This document shows positions 33,279 to 43,593 of a stretch of DNA of 43,593 nt, one piece after another; positions within the stretch are counted from its first letter, which is position 1; each line of letters opens with the position of its first letter. The stretch lies in sequence record SRR2962707_682; one strand, given 5' to 3'. The position numbers were made by a program, and so were the translations under genes. The notes under the pieces were generated by a model, which saw only the letters and a program-made list of their open reading frames with translations, made no database searches and was not told the DNA's origin.

Positions 33279-35165
33279 CTACGCTGCGCCTTCCAGCGCT
33301 TCCTGGGCTTTCATCCATGCTGCTTCTTCGGCTTCAATGGCTTCTTTCACGTCAGCGTGTTTTAGTTGGATCTCCATCAGGTCGCGGGTTGAGCCGTTAT
33401 AAATGGCCGGGTCTGCAAGTTTCGCTTCAAGGGCAGACCGCTGTTCTTCAAGTTTAGCGATCTTTTGTTCGGCATTTTTAATGGTCTTGCGAAGTTCTGC
33501 CGTTGCCTGACGCTGTTCTGCACGTTCCTTACGCGCCTGCTTGCGATTGTCCCGGCTGTGCTCACCTTCAGCTACCTGTTTGACAGACTGGCGTTGCGCA
33601 CGCCGCGCCTGCTGCAGTTCGGCAGCGTAGTCATCAAGAGAACCATCGTAAGGTGTGCATGCACCATCAGCGACGAGCCACAATCTATCGGCAACCAGCT
33701 CAATCAGATGCGCATCGTGGCTGACGAGAATAACCGCCCCCTCGAAGGCATTGAGGGCCTGAACGAGTGCTTCACGGGCGTCGACATCCAGGTGGTTGGT
33801 CGGTTCATCGAGGAGCAAGATGTTGGGCTTGCCGCAGCTCATCAAAGAAAACAGAAGACGGGCTTTCTCGCCACCGGATAGGTTTTTGACCTCTGTCTCG
33901 GCCTTGTCGGCTGAAAATCCAAACCGGCCAAGGTGTCCGCGAACCTGGCTTTCCTTTTTATCACCAAGTGCACGCGCAACATGTTCTACCGGCGTTTCGT
34001 CCAGGCGCAATTCGTCTGCCTGATGCTGGGCAAAATACCCGATTTCCAGCTTCGACGCTTTGACGATGGAACCGCTTTGCTGTTTTAGGCGGTTGCTCAG
34101 CAGTTTGACGAGCGTCGACTTGCCGTTGCCGTTTGCCCCGATTAGGGCGATCCGGTCATCCGGATCAATCCTCAGGTCAAGATGCTGAAGGACAGGCTTG
34201 GCATCATCATACCCGACACTGACATCCTGAATGGCCATCAGCGGGGGCGGCGGCGGATCGGTTTCAGGAAAGGAAAATGCGATGGATTTATCTTCCATTG
34301 CGGCTGCAATGGGTTCCATTTTCTCCAGCATCTTAAGGCGACTTTGCGCTTGGCGGGCTTTTGAAGCCTTCGCCCGGAATCGGTCAACGAAGCTTTGAAT
34401 ATGCGCCCGCTCCGCTTCCTGTTTCTCGCGCTGCTTCGCCTCGTGCATCATGCGTTCGCGGCGGGTTTTCTCGAAACGGTCATAATTGCCGGCATATCTG
34501 GTCAGCTTAAATGCTTCGAGGTGCACGATCCCGTCGACAATTTCATTCAAAAACCGCCGATCGTGTGAAATCACCAATAGTGTTCCGTTCCAGGCCTTGA
34601 GGTATTGCTCAAGCCATAAGGCGGCTTCCAGATCAAGGTGGTTGGTTGGCTCATCGAGCAGCAAAAAGTCGGGACGCGCAAATAGCGCTGCCGCGAGCGC
34701 AACACGCATGCGCCAGCCACCGGAGTAATCGGAGCAGGGACGCTGTTGTGCTTCCTCGTCAAATCCGAGGCCGGCAAGAATGCGGGCTGCGCGGGCAGGG
34801 GCCCTTTCCGCATCGATGTCGGCCAGTCTTGTATGAATTTCGGCAATGCGCATCGGATCCGTCGCCGTTTCCGCTTCACTGAGCAACGCATCTCGTTCGG
34901 TATCTGCTGCAAGGACCGTATCTATCAGGCTTTCAGCACCGGCCGGGGCTTCCTGAGCAACCTCGCCGAGGCGGATGCCTTTCTGCATCTGGATGACACC
35001 GTCGTCTATCTGTACCTCACCAGTAATCAGTCGAAACAGGGTCGTTTTGCCTGTCCCGTTCCGACCGACAAGACCCAGCTTTTGAGAGCGTTCGACACTA
35101 AGTGTCGCTCCTTCAAGCAAGGTACGGCCGGCAATCCTGTAAGTGATGTCCTGTATGCTTAACAT
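33279..35165 (-). CDS. ABC-F family ATP-binding protein (YheS-like)
   Basis: Two ABC domains (GRNGTGKT, YSGGWRMR, LDEPTNHLD; GANGNGKS, LSGGEKAR, LDEPTNHLD), no TM segments and a C-terminal coiled coil. Confidence 0.93.
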   Translation of the reverse strand: MLSIQDITYRIAGRTLLEGATLSVERSQKLGLVGRNGTGKTTLFRLITGEVQIDDGVIQMQKGIRLGEVAQEAPAGAESLIDTVLAADTERDALLSEAETATDPMRIAEIHTRLADIDAERAPARAARILAGLGFDEEAQQRPCSDYSGGWRMRVALAAALFARPDFLLLDEPTNHLDLEAALWLEQYLKAWNGTLLVISHDRRFLNEIVDGIVHLEAFKLTRYAGNYDRFEKTRRERMMHEAKQREKQEAERAHIQSFVDRFRAKASKARQAQSRLKMLEKMEPIAAAMEDKSIAFSFPETDPPPPPLMAIQDVSVGYDDAKPVLQHLDLRIDPDDRIALIGANGNGKSTLVKLLSNRLKQQSGSIVKASKLEIGYFAQHQADELRLDETPVEHVARALGDKKESQVRGHLGRFGFSADKAETEVKNLSGGEKARLLFSLMSCGKPNILLLDEPTNHLDVDAREALVQALNAFEGAVILVSHDAHLIELVADRLWLVADGACTPYDGSLDDYAAELQQARRAQRQSVKQVAEGEHSRDNRKQARKERAEQRQATAELRKTIKNAEQKIAKLEEQRSALEAKLADPAIYNGSTRDLMEIQLKHADVKEAIEAEEAAWMKAQEALEGAA

Positions 35166-35517
35166 GGCGCGGGTCTTAGCATGTGCCCGGTTGCTTCAAA
35201 AGAGGGATTCAAGAAAAAGGACCGTAATATGAGACTAAATCAGGCCATGACGTCGTGTAGCTCTTAACTATCTGATTTTAAATAAAATATAATGACATAA
35301 ACGGTGTAATGCCAATGTCGAAGATCATCGGTCTGATATATCCAAAAATCGTTATAGGTAATATACGCAACTATCCATCTTAGAGTGTGTATGTATCTTT
35401 TTAATTTGGGATTGCCTCACCGGCGTTGTGCTTGATTCTCCTGAACAATCAGAACGCCGGGTGCCTTTGTTTAAGTGAGTTATCTTGCCGAATTCTAAAC
35501 GAAACAGACTCGGGAAA

Positions 35518-37083
35518 ATGTACACCGCACCGTTTCCGGTTATTGCGGCGTTGCTGTCTTTTCTGTTTTTGGCGATATCGATCGGTTCTGTTTCCTACTT
35601 TCTAAGTCTCTCGGCCGCACGGGAAAATAGTGTCGCGTTCCGCGATTCCCGCCACATTATTGAGTCGGCTTTCTCATTGCTGGAGCGGGACATCAAAAAT
35701 TGGAACAAGGATTATGCCTGGTGGGACGATACCGTTCAGTTTGCTGAAAAGGCCATAGATATCGGATGGGCCGAGGATAATATCGGCACTTATATGCAGG
35801 ATGCATTTGATATAACTGGCTCTTTTACGGTTACGCCTGAATTGGAAACCAATTTTTACTCACCTCGAAACAATGATGAAATAAGCGATGCACTGGAATT
35901 CCTATCGTCAGGTGGCCGTGCTTTTCTTGAGCAGGTTCAGTCAACTGCGATGGATGAAAGTCAGGCACTGACAACGTATGTGAATTATAAAAGTGGTTTC
36001 TATCTGGTGAGTGCTGCGCCTATCACAAAAGAGCACCCCGTCGGGAATGAGCTGGATCGAAAGCCTCGCCCAATTCTGATTCTCTATAAGAAACTTGATC
36101 AAAAGGTGATTGGAGAAATCTCCAAACAATTTTTGCTTGATGAGTTAAAAATTACTGAGTTTGCCCCAGATGGGGATTTGGCCTGCATCCCTTTGAATAA
36201 CTTCAATGGTGATACAATAGCTTTTATCAGTTGGTCTCCCAGCAAGCCTGGCGATCATTTGTTTGAGGAATTACTCCCAAAAATATCGCTCGTGTCGATC
36301 TTGCTTATTACGACGGCATTGTTCGTCTTTTTTGCATGGTGGCGGACGGCGTCACAGGCAAACGCTGAGAAGTCGAAGTTTCTCGCCAAAATGAGCCATG
36401 AATTGCGCACACCGCTAAATCCCATCGTTGGTTTTTCAAGCATTATGACAAACGAGACAATGGGGCCGATGCCTAAGGCCTACAAAGATTATGCGCACGA
36501 TATATACGCATGCGGGATACATCTGTCGGCGATTATCGAAGATATTCTTGATGTCTCTCGCATTGAAGCAGGGGAGATGCCGCTGAATGAAACAGTTTTT
36601 GATTTGGTGGAATTGATTGAAACACTGCCGGTTTTCAATAACCGGGTTCCTGCGCAATCCATCTGTGGCGCTGAGGTCCCGAACATCCGTCGGGAAATAG
36701 CCGACAATCTGCCACATTTGAAAGCGGATCGGTTAAGGGTTCAGCAGGTATTGTTGAATCTTGTATCGAATGCAGTGAAGTTTTCGAATGGCAAGGAAGT
36801 CACCATTCGCGCCTTGAAAGAGGCCTCGCGAATAGTCATTCGAATTGAGGATCAAGGTGTTGGAATTAGCGAGGCAGATTTGAAGCAGCTGTTTCAACCC
36901 TTCATGCAGGTTGGTCATCAATCAATCGAAAACCGGTCACATGGGAGTGGGCTAGGGCTAATCGTTTCACGCGAATTGATGATCTTGCATGACGGCGATT
37001 TGGTTCTTGAGAGCGAGCTCGGCAAAGGAACGGTGGCAATCATGACGTTTCCGTCGAGCAGAGCGGTTAAATCAATAAATTAA
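35518..37083 (+). CDS. Sensor histidine kinase with CHASE4-like periplasmic domain
   Basis: TM1, DYAWWDDT (CHASE4-like), TM2, H-box MSHELRTPLN, N-box NLVSNAVKF, DQGVGI, LFQPF, GSGLGL and GKGT; start 35518 (or TTG 35485). Confidence 0.88.
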   Translation: MYTAPFPVIAALLSFLFLAISIGSVSYFLSLSAARENSVAFRDSRHIIESAFSLLERDIKNWNKDYAWWDDTVQFAEKAIDIGWAEDNIGTYMQDAFDITGSFTVTPELETNFYSPRNNDEISDALEFLSSGGRAFLEQVQSTAMDESQALTTYVNYKSGFYLVSAAPITKEHPVGNELDRKPRPILILYKKLDQKVIGEISKQFLLDELKITEFAPDGDLACIPLNNFNGDTIAFISWSPSKPGDHLFEELLPKISLVSILLITTALFVFFAWWRTASQANAEKSKFLAKMSHELRTPLNPIVGFSSIMTNETMGPMPKAYKDYAHDIYACGIHLSAIIEDILDVSRIEAGEMPLNETVFDLVELIETLPVFNNRVPAQSICGAEVPNIRREIADNLPHLKADRLRVQQVLLNLVSNAVKFSNGKEVTIRALKEASRIVIRIEDQGVGISEADLKQLFQPFMQVGHQSIENRSHGSGLGLIVSRELMILHDGDLVLESELGKGTVAIMTFPSSRAVKSIN

Positions 37084-38579
37084 TTGCTCTTGCTGGCAGG
37101 GCGCCATGCACGAATATTCGCTTTTGCCTGATTTGTCTGCTCGACATTGAGGCTTGCTGCGATACGGGCTTTTTCACGAACAAGATCGGCACGTGTGGAT
37201 GCCGGCCAGCTCCGCTCTGCCAGTGATATCCACTGATATGCACTGACCGGGTCTAAAGGGACACCCTGTCCGTTGATATAGGCCGCGGCTAAGCGTCGTT
37301 GTGCGGGGGCATATCCGGACTCGGCCGCGTCGATCAGGTAGGTGATACCTACGCTTCTCTGTTTTGTATCCCCATCCAACATCAATCGGGCAAGATCATA
37401 TCGGGCTGGTGCATACCCGCGCGATGCGGCCCGATTGTACCATTCCTGGGCCGTGGTGATGTCTCTGGGAACGACGATACCGTCCTGGTAAAGGCGGCCA
37501 AGATCATGTTCTGCCGGAGCATAGCCATTCTCCGCGGCCATTTTCAGCCAGAAAACGGCTTTCCTGTAATCCCGGATTACACCGTCGCCTAAGCGGTAGA
37601 TGTTTCCCAGGGTAAAAGCGGCGACGGATGATCCACCGTTTGCTGCGCGCTCATACCATTTGATGGCCTTCCCCAGATCTTCAGGCGTGCCAAGCCCCAG
37701 CCGATAGGCATTGCCGACATTATAGGCGGCCTCGGCATGTCCGTTCTCGGCAGCGCGGCGAAACCATCCGGCTGCCATGGCCGTGTTCCTGATAACGCCA
37801 TCCCCATTGAGATAAAGGGTGCCCAATGCATAAGCGGACTCGGTATCTCCGGCGCGGGCATCGTTTTCCAGGTATGGGAGTGCCGTTTGAACGTCTCCGG
37901 TACGGTATGCATCAAGCCCCTTGGAAAACTGTCTGGGAAAACCAGTGTCCGTTATATGGAGGCCGATGGGCATCAGAATGAATATGAATGCGCTGAGTAT
38001 CAGTAATGCGCTGCGATGCCGATGGTGCGTTGTGCTGCCGGGAGAATGTAGCGAAGGTGCCTTAGCAAATGTCCGAGCTGAATCCCTTAGAATTTTACGG
38101 ATTTCATCTGCGCGCAACGGCCAGATCAGGGTGATGTCGATCGCAACGGCAGCCTGAGGTGTGTCCCCCAACATGCGACGCAATTTTGAGGATTTCCAAT
38201 CCACTATTTGCGGGTGCCTGAAATGGAACAGTAAGCGATCATGAATGTCGCCGGTTTTCCCCCGTCTGGTGGCAGATTGAATTTTTGCAATTTCCTGCCA
38301 ACGGATTGGGTGTGCGAGTATCTTTGGTATTTCAACCCCGTCGGGGGATATTCGCATCAGGGGGGTCGGGTCGAACAGGCGTGCCACTGCCAGAGATAAG
38401 GCCACCGCAGTCATGCCGGCAATCACGATCCATGTCGCTTCACCCATCCACATGACAGCATCCCGGCGAAGCGCCAAAAGCACCAGCAATGGAAGACTAA
38501 GCAGAGCCGTCGCAGCTATAGCCGGCAGCTTTCGCTGACGGATGAGCGTTATAGGTTGTTGGACACGGTCATGGCGCAT
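37080..38579 (-). CDS. Membrane protein with Sel1-like repeats
   Basis: Three hydrophobic segments followed by about six Sel1 repeats (A.Y.LG..Y..G.GV..D...A..W...AA..G). Confidence 0.87.
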   Translation of the reverse strand: MRHDRVQQPITLIRQRKLPAIAATALLSLPLLVLLALRRDAVMWMGEATWIVIAGMTAVALSLAVARLFDPTPLMRISPDGVEIPKILAHPIRWQEIAKIQSATRRGKTGDIHDRLLFHFRHPQIVDWKSSKLRRMLGDTPQAAVAIDITLIWPLRADEIRKILRDSARTFAKAPSLHSPGSTTHHRHRSALLILSAFIFILMPIGLHITDTGFPRQFSKGLDAYRTGDVQTALPYLENDARAGDTESAYALGTLYLNGDGVIRNTAMAAGWFRRAAENGHAEAAYNVGNAYRLGLGTPEDLGKAIKWYERAANGGSSVAAFTLGNIYRLGDGVIRDYRKAVFWLKMAAENGYAPAEHDLGRLYQDGIVVPRDITTAQEWYNRAASRGYAPARYDLARLMLDGDTKQRSVGITYLIDAAESGYAPAQRRLAAAYINGQGVPLDPVSAYQWISLAERSWPASTRADLVREKARIAASLNVEQTNQAKANIRAWRPASKSN

Positions 38580-38746
38580 GGCGTGCTGATCATATCACGG
38601 GGCGCCACCGGCTACAGACAGGCGTATTTATTCTTTGCAGAGGCGTTAAACGAATGAGTGGAAATGCTTGCTCAGTAGGGGGTTGAGGGGTTTGTTAGAA
38701 CAGCGTTAGTTTAAATGGATGTGGTTCTTTATAGGATGAAACACTG

Positions 38747-39364
38747 ATGATGATCCTGGTTGGTCAACTCGATTCGCCGTTCGTGCGTCGTGTGGCGGCA
38801 ACGCTGAGCCATTATGAACTCGCTTTTGACAGGCATGTTCTTTCGGTATTTGGGGATCGAGATGAAGTTATGCGCCTCAATCCGCTGGGAAAGGTGCCGG
38901 CCCTGATAATCGAAGAAGGCGAAACGCTGGTCGACAGTGCGGTGATCATTGATCATCTGGATCAGGTGGCACCTCCTGAACTATGCCTGACCCCGAAGTC
39001 CGGAGCGGCCAGGCGGCAGGTGCTTCGAGTGGCTACCATCGCTATGGGCATTTCCGAGCGCGCGGTTCAATTACGCATCGAGACGGTTCGCAGACCCCAG
39101 CATTTACAGAGTGAAGAGTTCGTCGATACCTACCGCCGGTCTATACGTGACAGTCTTGATTTTCTGGAACGGCAGGTCGCCGCGCCCTGGGCGAACGGCG
39201 ACCGTCTCAGTCAGGCTGATTTTTCGATAACGGCGGCTTTGACCCATCTTTCAGGCAAAATTGAAGAGTTTTCTGATCTGCAGGCGTGGCCGCAGCTTGC
39301 CGAAATCCGTGCCGCCGGTGAAGAATTGAGCGCATTCAAAGTCAATCCGTTCATGGAAGGCTGA
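38747..39364 (+). CDS. Glutathione S-transferase family protein
   Basis: SPFVRRV, NPLGKVPAL, LVDSAVIIDHLD and LSQAD. Confidence 0.92.
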   Translation: MMILVGQLDSPFVRRVAATLSHYELAFDRHVLSVFGDRDEVMRLNPLGKVPALIIEEGETLVDSAVIIDHLDQVAPPELCLTPKSGAARRQVLRVATIAMGISERAVQLRIETVRRPQHLQSEEFVDTYRRSIRDSLDFLERQVAAPWANGDRLSQADFSITAALTHLSGKIEEFSDLQAWPQLAEIRAAGEELSAFKVNPFMEG

Positions 39365-39409
39365 CAAAGCTGTTTCGAGACGGGTTCTGGTCGTGTAACG
39401 TCTGCCATC

Positions 39410-40588
39410 ATGCCTGAAGTGATTACCGATACCGAAACACTACGTGCGTTTTGCGATTCCATGGCCGACGAGTCCTATGTGACCGTCGATACGGAATTCA
39501 TACGTGAAAGCACATTCTGGCCGGAATTGTGTCTGGTTCAGGTCGGCGGTACAGAGCAGGCAAAGGCTATCGATACTCTGGCTGACGGGATTGATCTCCA
39601 GCCGCTTTTCGATCTGATGGCAAACACCAGTGTTCTCAAGGTTTTTCATGCTGCCCGGCAGGATCTGGAAATTTTCCTGCATCTCGCAGGCGAACTCCCG
39701 CGTCCGATATTCGACACACAGGTTGCGGCCATGGTTTGTGGCTTCGGGGACTCCGTAGGTTATGAAAACCTGATTACGCGTCTGACAAATGCAAAAATCG
39801 ATAAAGGGTCACGCTTCACCGACTGGAAATTGCGCCCCCTCAGTGAAAAGCAGCTTAAATATGCGCTGGCTGATGTGACGCATCTTCGTCCAGCCTATGA
39901 GATTCTGGCAGGGAAGCTGGAATTATCCGGTCGCCAGTCATGGGTGACGGCGGAAATGGAAATTCTGGAAGACCCGAAAACCTATATTGTTGATCCTGAT
40001 GATGCCTACAAACGGATCAAGACCCGTGGCGCAAAAGGCCGGCAGTTGGCCGTACTGCAGGCTGTGGCTGCTTGGCGTGAACGCGAAGCGCACAACCGCA
40101 ATTTACCCAGAAACCGTGTGCTCAGGGATGAAGCTCTGCTGGAAATATCCCACAGGATGCCCAAAACGGTCGACGATCTGGCAAAAACCCGTGGGTTGGG
40201 ACGCCGACTGGCAGAAGGTGCTTCCGGGGATGCGTTGCTGAAAGCAATTCAGAAAGGTGCCGATGCGCCTAAATCCGAATGGCCGACACCCCCTGCGAAG
40301 CCTGATTTGCCGCCCTGGACAGCGGCGGCGGCGGACCTTTTGAAAGTCCTTCTGAAGATGAAGTGCGCCGATGCCGATGTGGCTACCAAACTGGTTGCGA
40401 GTGCCGCTGATGTCGAATTGATAGCGGCTTTCGGTGAAAAGGCGGATGTGCCCGCAATCAAGGGCTGGCGGCGCAGCGTTTTCGGTGAGGATGCCTTGCG
40501 ATTGCGACGTGGCGAGATCTGCCTTGAGTTGAACGGCGAGCGAGTCGCCATTGTCGATAAAGCCGTTTACGCAAACGCTTCGGATTAA
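39410..40588 (+). CDS. rnd: Ribonuclease D
   Basis: VDTEFIRE, VFHAARQDLE, FDTQVAA, YALADV and HRDC domain (WREREA...VLRDE). Confidence 0.95.
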   Translation: MPEVITDTETLRAFCDSMADESYVTVDTEFIRESTFWPELCLVQVGGTEQAKAIDTLADGIDLQPLFDLMANTSVLKVFHAARQDLEIFLHLAGELPRPIFDTQVAAMVCGFGDSVGYENLITRLTNAKIDKGSRFTDWKLRPLSEKQLKYALADVTHLRPAYEILAGKLELSGRQSWVTAEMEILEDPKTYIVDPDDAYKRIKTRGAKGRQLAVLQAVAAWREREAHNRNLPRNRVLRDEALLEISHRMPKTVDDLAKTRGLGRRLAEGASGDALLKAIQKGADAPKSEWPTPPAKPDLPPWTAAAADLLKVLLKMKCADADVATKLVASAADVELIAAFGEKADVPAIKGWRRSVFGEDALRLRRGEICLELNGERVAIVDKAVYANASD

Positions 40589-42093
40589 TTCCTGGAAATC
40601 GAGCCGGTAACGCCGAGGCTCTTGCACAAACCGCGGAACCTGCGGTCGACTGTTTCCGACTGAAAAACCCGGCTGTTTCCTGGAAGATGAAGAATCAATT
40701 TCTTGTTCACACGTTCCAGGCTGGTTTGTGAGAGCAACCCGGGTGCAGAACCCGAGAGGGTATGTGCGAGTCGTATGGCCCGACCAATACCATCGACTTT
40801 ATTCAACTGTTCGGGATCAAGCAGACTTCGGACGTCATTGACGACCGGCGCATCGGAATTGCCGTTATATCGGATGAAAACCGTCGCTGCGATGAACACC
40901 CGGTCAGCATGAGACAACCCGGCATAGGGTAGGCGGAGTGCACGAAAGAAGGCATGCTCGGCCCGATAATCCGGGTGCTCGTTCCAGCCAATATCAGACA
41001 GCAGGCACGAAGCCAGTATTCGTCGACGGTCTTCTTCTTGTGCATCGGGAAAGAGGGGGCGAACCCAATCGGAAATTTCGATGCCTTTGAGCGAAAATCG
41101 GCCGGTTCGCTCAGACAGCGTTTCTGCCCCGGCAATCAGGGGGTCTTGATGACGCATGTCTTCCGGCAAATGCTGCAGCATCTGACCTTCCCGCATGCCG
41201 AACCCGGAAAAAACGACACTCGCCGGTGAACAGGATTCAATCAGGCTGCCCAGAACTTCTGTAGCAAAGGGCACGCTTTTCACGCGTGATGGCGAGAGGG
41301 ATGAGACTTTTCTCAATGTGCGGTTGCTGAGCCCGGACATCAGTCTTGCAAGATCCAGAGCCTCACTGGCCTTGATTGTATACCCGTCGACCACATGCAG
41401 CGGGTAGCTGGTCTGTTCGATGAAAACCCGCGCAATGGCACGCATGATACCGCCGGTCAGATAAAGGTTTTTACCCTTCACCTGTTTGAGCCATTTCGTT
41501 TTGGAGAAGTTCTTGTCGATGATGCCGCGGGCAATGGATATGTCGTTGCCTGACATTTCCTGAAGCCGCAGATGGCCTAGAGGCATCGTCCCGTAGGTTT
41601 TGCATACGCCATTTTCGAGTTGAACAAGATCAAGGGATCCGCCACCCAGATCGCCGAGTATGCCGTCCGCTTTGGGGACGCCGACAATCAGGCCGAGTGC
41701 GGATAGTTCTGCTTCTTCTGAACCGCTGAGTACCTGAACCTTGATATCAAACTCGGATTCAATTTTTGTGACGAATGCGCGGCCATCCGAGGCGTCACGA
41801 ACGGCGGCCGTCGCGACGAGATCAAGCTTCTCGACGCCCATAGCTTCGGATAAACGAACAAACCTGCGAAGTGAGTTCAGGGCTTTTTTAACGCCGTTAG
41901 GGGAGAGTTGGCCGGTTTTCGACATGCCTTCGACCAACCGGCATTCGGCTTTTTCGTTAAACATCGGTACCGGCATGCGGTCCGGTACATCGTAAACAAC
42001 CAATCGAACGGTGTTGGAGCCAATGTCAACGATGCCGATACGACCTGTTACGGTCGATGCATCCTGCTGGTGGCGGAGTGCTTCTCTAGTCAC
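40585..42093 (-). CDS. ppx: Exopolyphosphatase (Ppx/GppA)
   Basis: DIGSNTVRL, ATAAVRDA, DLGGGSL, GMREG and SDIGW..HPDYR; lies downstream of ppk1. Confidence 0.94.
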   Translation of the reverse strand: MTREALRHQQDASTVTGRIGIVDIGSNTVRLVVYDVPDRMPVPMFNEKAECRLVEGMSKTGQLSPNGVKKALNSLRRFVRLSEAMGVEKLDLVATAAVRDASDGRAFVTKIESEFDIKVQVLSGSEEAELSALGLIVGVPKADGILGDLGGGSLDLVQLENGVCKTYGTMPLGHLRLQEMSGNDISIARGIIDKNFSKTKWLKQVKGKNLYLTGGIMRAIARVFIEQTSYPLHVVDGYTIKASEALDLARLMSGLSNRTLRKVSSLSPSRVKSVPFATEVLGSLIESCSPASVVFSGFGMREGQMLQHLPEDMRHQDPLIAGAETLSERTGRFSLKGIEISDWVRPLFPDAQEEDRRRILASCLLSDIGWNEHPDYRAEHAFFRALRLPYAGLSHADRVFIAATVFIRYNGNSDAPVVNDVRSLLDPEQLNKVDGIGRAIRLAHTLSGSAPGLLSQTSLERVNKKLILHLPGNSRVFQSETVDRRFRGLCKSLGVTGSISRN

Positions 42094-42158
42094 AAAGTGA
42101 TCCTACGGCTTGAAATTTTGCCGTCAATCTTTGGTCAAAAATGATGGAAATATAAGGT

Positions 42159-43593
42159 TTAGCTTTTGTCGGCTTTCTTGGCGATGTCTTGGCTGATTTC
42201 CTGACCGACATTAAGGGCTGATCCACGTCCGGACAAGCTGGGGTTTGTCATAAAGTATTCCTGTGCCGATAGACCTTCACCCTTGGCGACACGCTTAAAA
42301 GTGCCGTCTACCTGCATAATCCAGCTTTGCGCCTGATCACGCAGGTTTGCCACCATAATTTCTTCAAGGACCTGCTTATGAACCGTAGGATTTTCAATGG
42401 GAACCAGCGTTTCAACACGCCGGTTCAGGTTGCGCGGCATCAAATCTGCAGAAGCGATGAATATTTTCGCTGCTGAAGAGGGAAGCTTTTCACCGTTCGC
42501 GAAGCAGTAGATGCGCGAGTGTTCCAGAAACCGGCCGACAATACTTTTAACACGAATGTTCTCACTCAATCCCTTGATGCCGGGGCGTAGACAGCAAATA
42601 CCACGAATCACAAAATCAAGTTGGACCCCGGCCTGAGACGCCTCATAAAATTTTTCGATAAGTTCCGGATCGACGAGGGAGTTCATCTTCATCCAAATTC
42701 CCGCCGGTTTACCTGCTTTCGCATTCTCGATTTCGATGTCTGTCAGTTCCTCAAGCGTTTTTCTGAGGGTGAGCGGTGAGAACGAGAGCTTTTCCATCTG
42801 CGCCGGCTGGGCATATCCCGTCATGTAGTTCAGCAGTCTGGCAGCATCCCGGCAGAGCGCCTGGTCGCACGTGAAGAACGACAGATCGGTATAAATCTTT
42901 GCCGTTATCGGGTGATAGTTTCCAGTGCCGAAATGGACATAGGATTTGAGCGTTTGACCTTCACGCCGGACGATCAGGTTAACCTTGGCGTGGATTTTCT
43001 TGTCAACAAAGCCATAGACGACTTGTGCGCCGGCACGTTCGAGGTCGCGGGCCCAGCGGATATTCGCTTCCTCGTCAAATCGAGCCTTCAATTCGACCAT
43101 CGCAGTCACGGATTTGCCGGCTTCGGCAGCTTCAATCAGGGCTGCGACAATCGGGGAGTCATTGGATGTGCGGTATAAGGTCTGCTTTATCGCAACTACA
43201 TCCGGGTCGCGTGCTGCCTGCCGGACGAACTGCACCACCACGTCAAAACTTTCATATGGGTGGTGGACGATAATGTCTTTTTTGGAGATGGCGGCGAATA
43301 CGTCCCCGCCAAAATCGCGGATACGTTCGGGAAAGCGGGCGTTGAAAGGCGTAAATAACAGATCGGGGCGCTCACTGAGGATTAATTGCTTTGTATCTGC
43401 AAGCCCCAGGGGGCCGCGCATGGCCATTGAGACGCCGGACTCCGCGCCCATCTCACCGATAATAAGATCCTGTAGCTGTTGCGGCATGTCGGCGTTGAAG
43501 GTGAGACGGATGACGGAACCCCGGCGGCGTCTTTTCAGGGCGCTTTCAAAGGTCCGAACCAGATCTTCGGCTTCTTCGTCGATTTCCATTTCG
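42159..43593 (-). CDS. ppk1: Polyphosphate kinase 1, 3' part (runs off the window end)
   Basis: [48 protein letters not shown] and SADLMPRNL. Confidence 0.96.
   Translation of the reverse strand, partial: EMEIDEEAEDLVRTFESALKRRRRGSVIRLTFNADMPQQLQDLIIGEMGAESGVSMAMRGPLGLADTKQLILSERPDLLFTPFNARFPERIRDFGGDVFAAISKKDIIVHHPYESFDVVVQFVRQAARDPDVVAIKQTLYRTSNDSPIVAALIEAAEAGKSVTAMVELKARFDEEANIRWARDLERAGAQVVYGFVDKKIHAKVNLIVRREGQTLKSYVHFGTGNYHPITAKIYTDLSFFTCDQALCRDAARLLNYMTGYAQPAQMEKLSFSPLTLRKTLEELTDIEIENAKAGKPAGIWMKMNSLVDPELIEKFYEASQAGVQLDFVIRGICCLRPGIKGLSENIRVKSIVGRFLEHSRIYCFANGEKLPSSAAKIFIASADLMPRNLNRRVETLVPIENPTVHKQVLEEIMVANLRDQAQSWIMQVDGTFKRVAKGEGLSAQEYFMTNPSLSGRGSALNVGQEISQDIAKKADKS

Noticed and set aside
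35264-35281. Possible CtrA box upstream of the histidine kinase
   Set aside because: The TTAA half-sites are 10 nt apart rather than 7.
1-43593. tRNA, rRNA, CRISPR arrays, IS elements, prophage or defence genes
   Set aside because: Intergenic gaps are short, and none showed cloverleafs, repeat-spacer arrays, terminal inverted repeats or recombinase/transposase ORFs.

Overview
This 43.6-kb window is gene-dense chromosomal DNA from an alphaproteobacterium; gene order and protein style suggest Rhodospirillales (inference). The left arm is conserved core: acpP 3' end, fabF, mltG, an antisense SDR, yicC and gmk, converging on the minus-strand lptF-lptG-lptD-surA-pdxA-rsmA operon. About 15 kb of accessory genes separate lptF from pepA-holC, which are usually adjacent. 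That block holds an acyl-CoA dehydrogenase, an AsmA-like protein, a racemase/isomerase gene fragment and a metal/redox-stress cluster (yaaA, ArsC/Spx-like, rhodanese, chrA, and a divergent bufferin-type RiPP operon of Cys-rich precursor, DUF692/MNIO and DUF2063). It also holds an FAD oxidoreductase, tsaC, cysQ, an AmmeMemoRadiSam system (AmrB-AmrA fusion divergent from amrS) and a YbhN-like membrane protein. The right arm has pepA, holC, a cyclase, MFS, BtuF-like, ABC-F, an orphan CHASE4-like histidine kinase, a Sel1-repeat protein, GST, rnd, ppx and partial ppk1. Three observations stand out: a riboswitch-like pseudoknot/anti-Shine-Dalgarno RNA in the chrA leader, the three-gene bufferin locus sharing an intergenic region with chrA, and an LptD with a ~200-aa N-terminal extension carrying four [RK]PLGxL[LIF] motifs at 48-49-aa spacing. 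No tRNA, rRNA, CRISPR, integrase or transposase was seen. All calls come from reading the sequence by eye; no searches were run.
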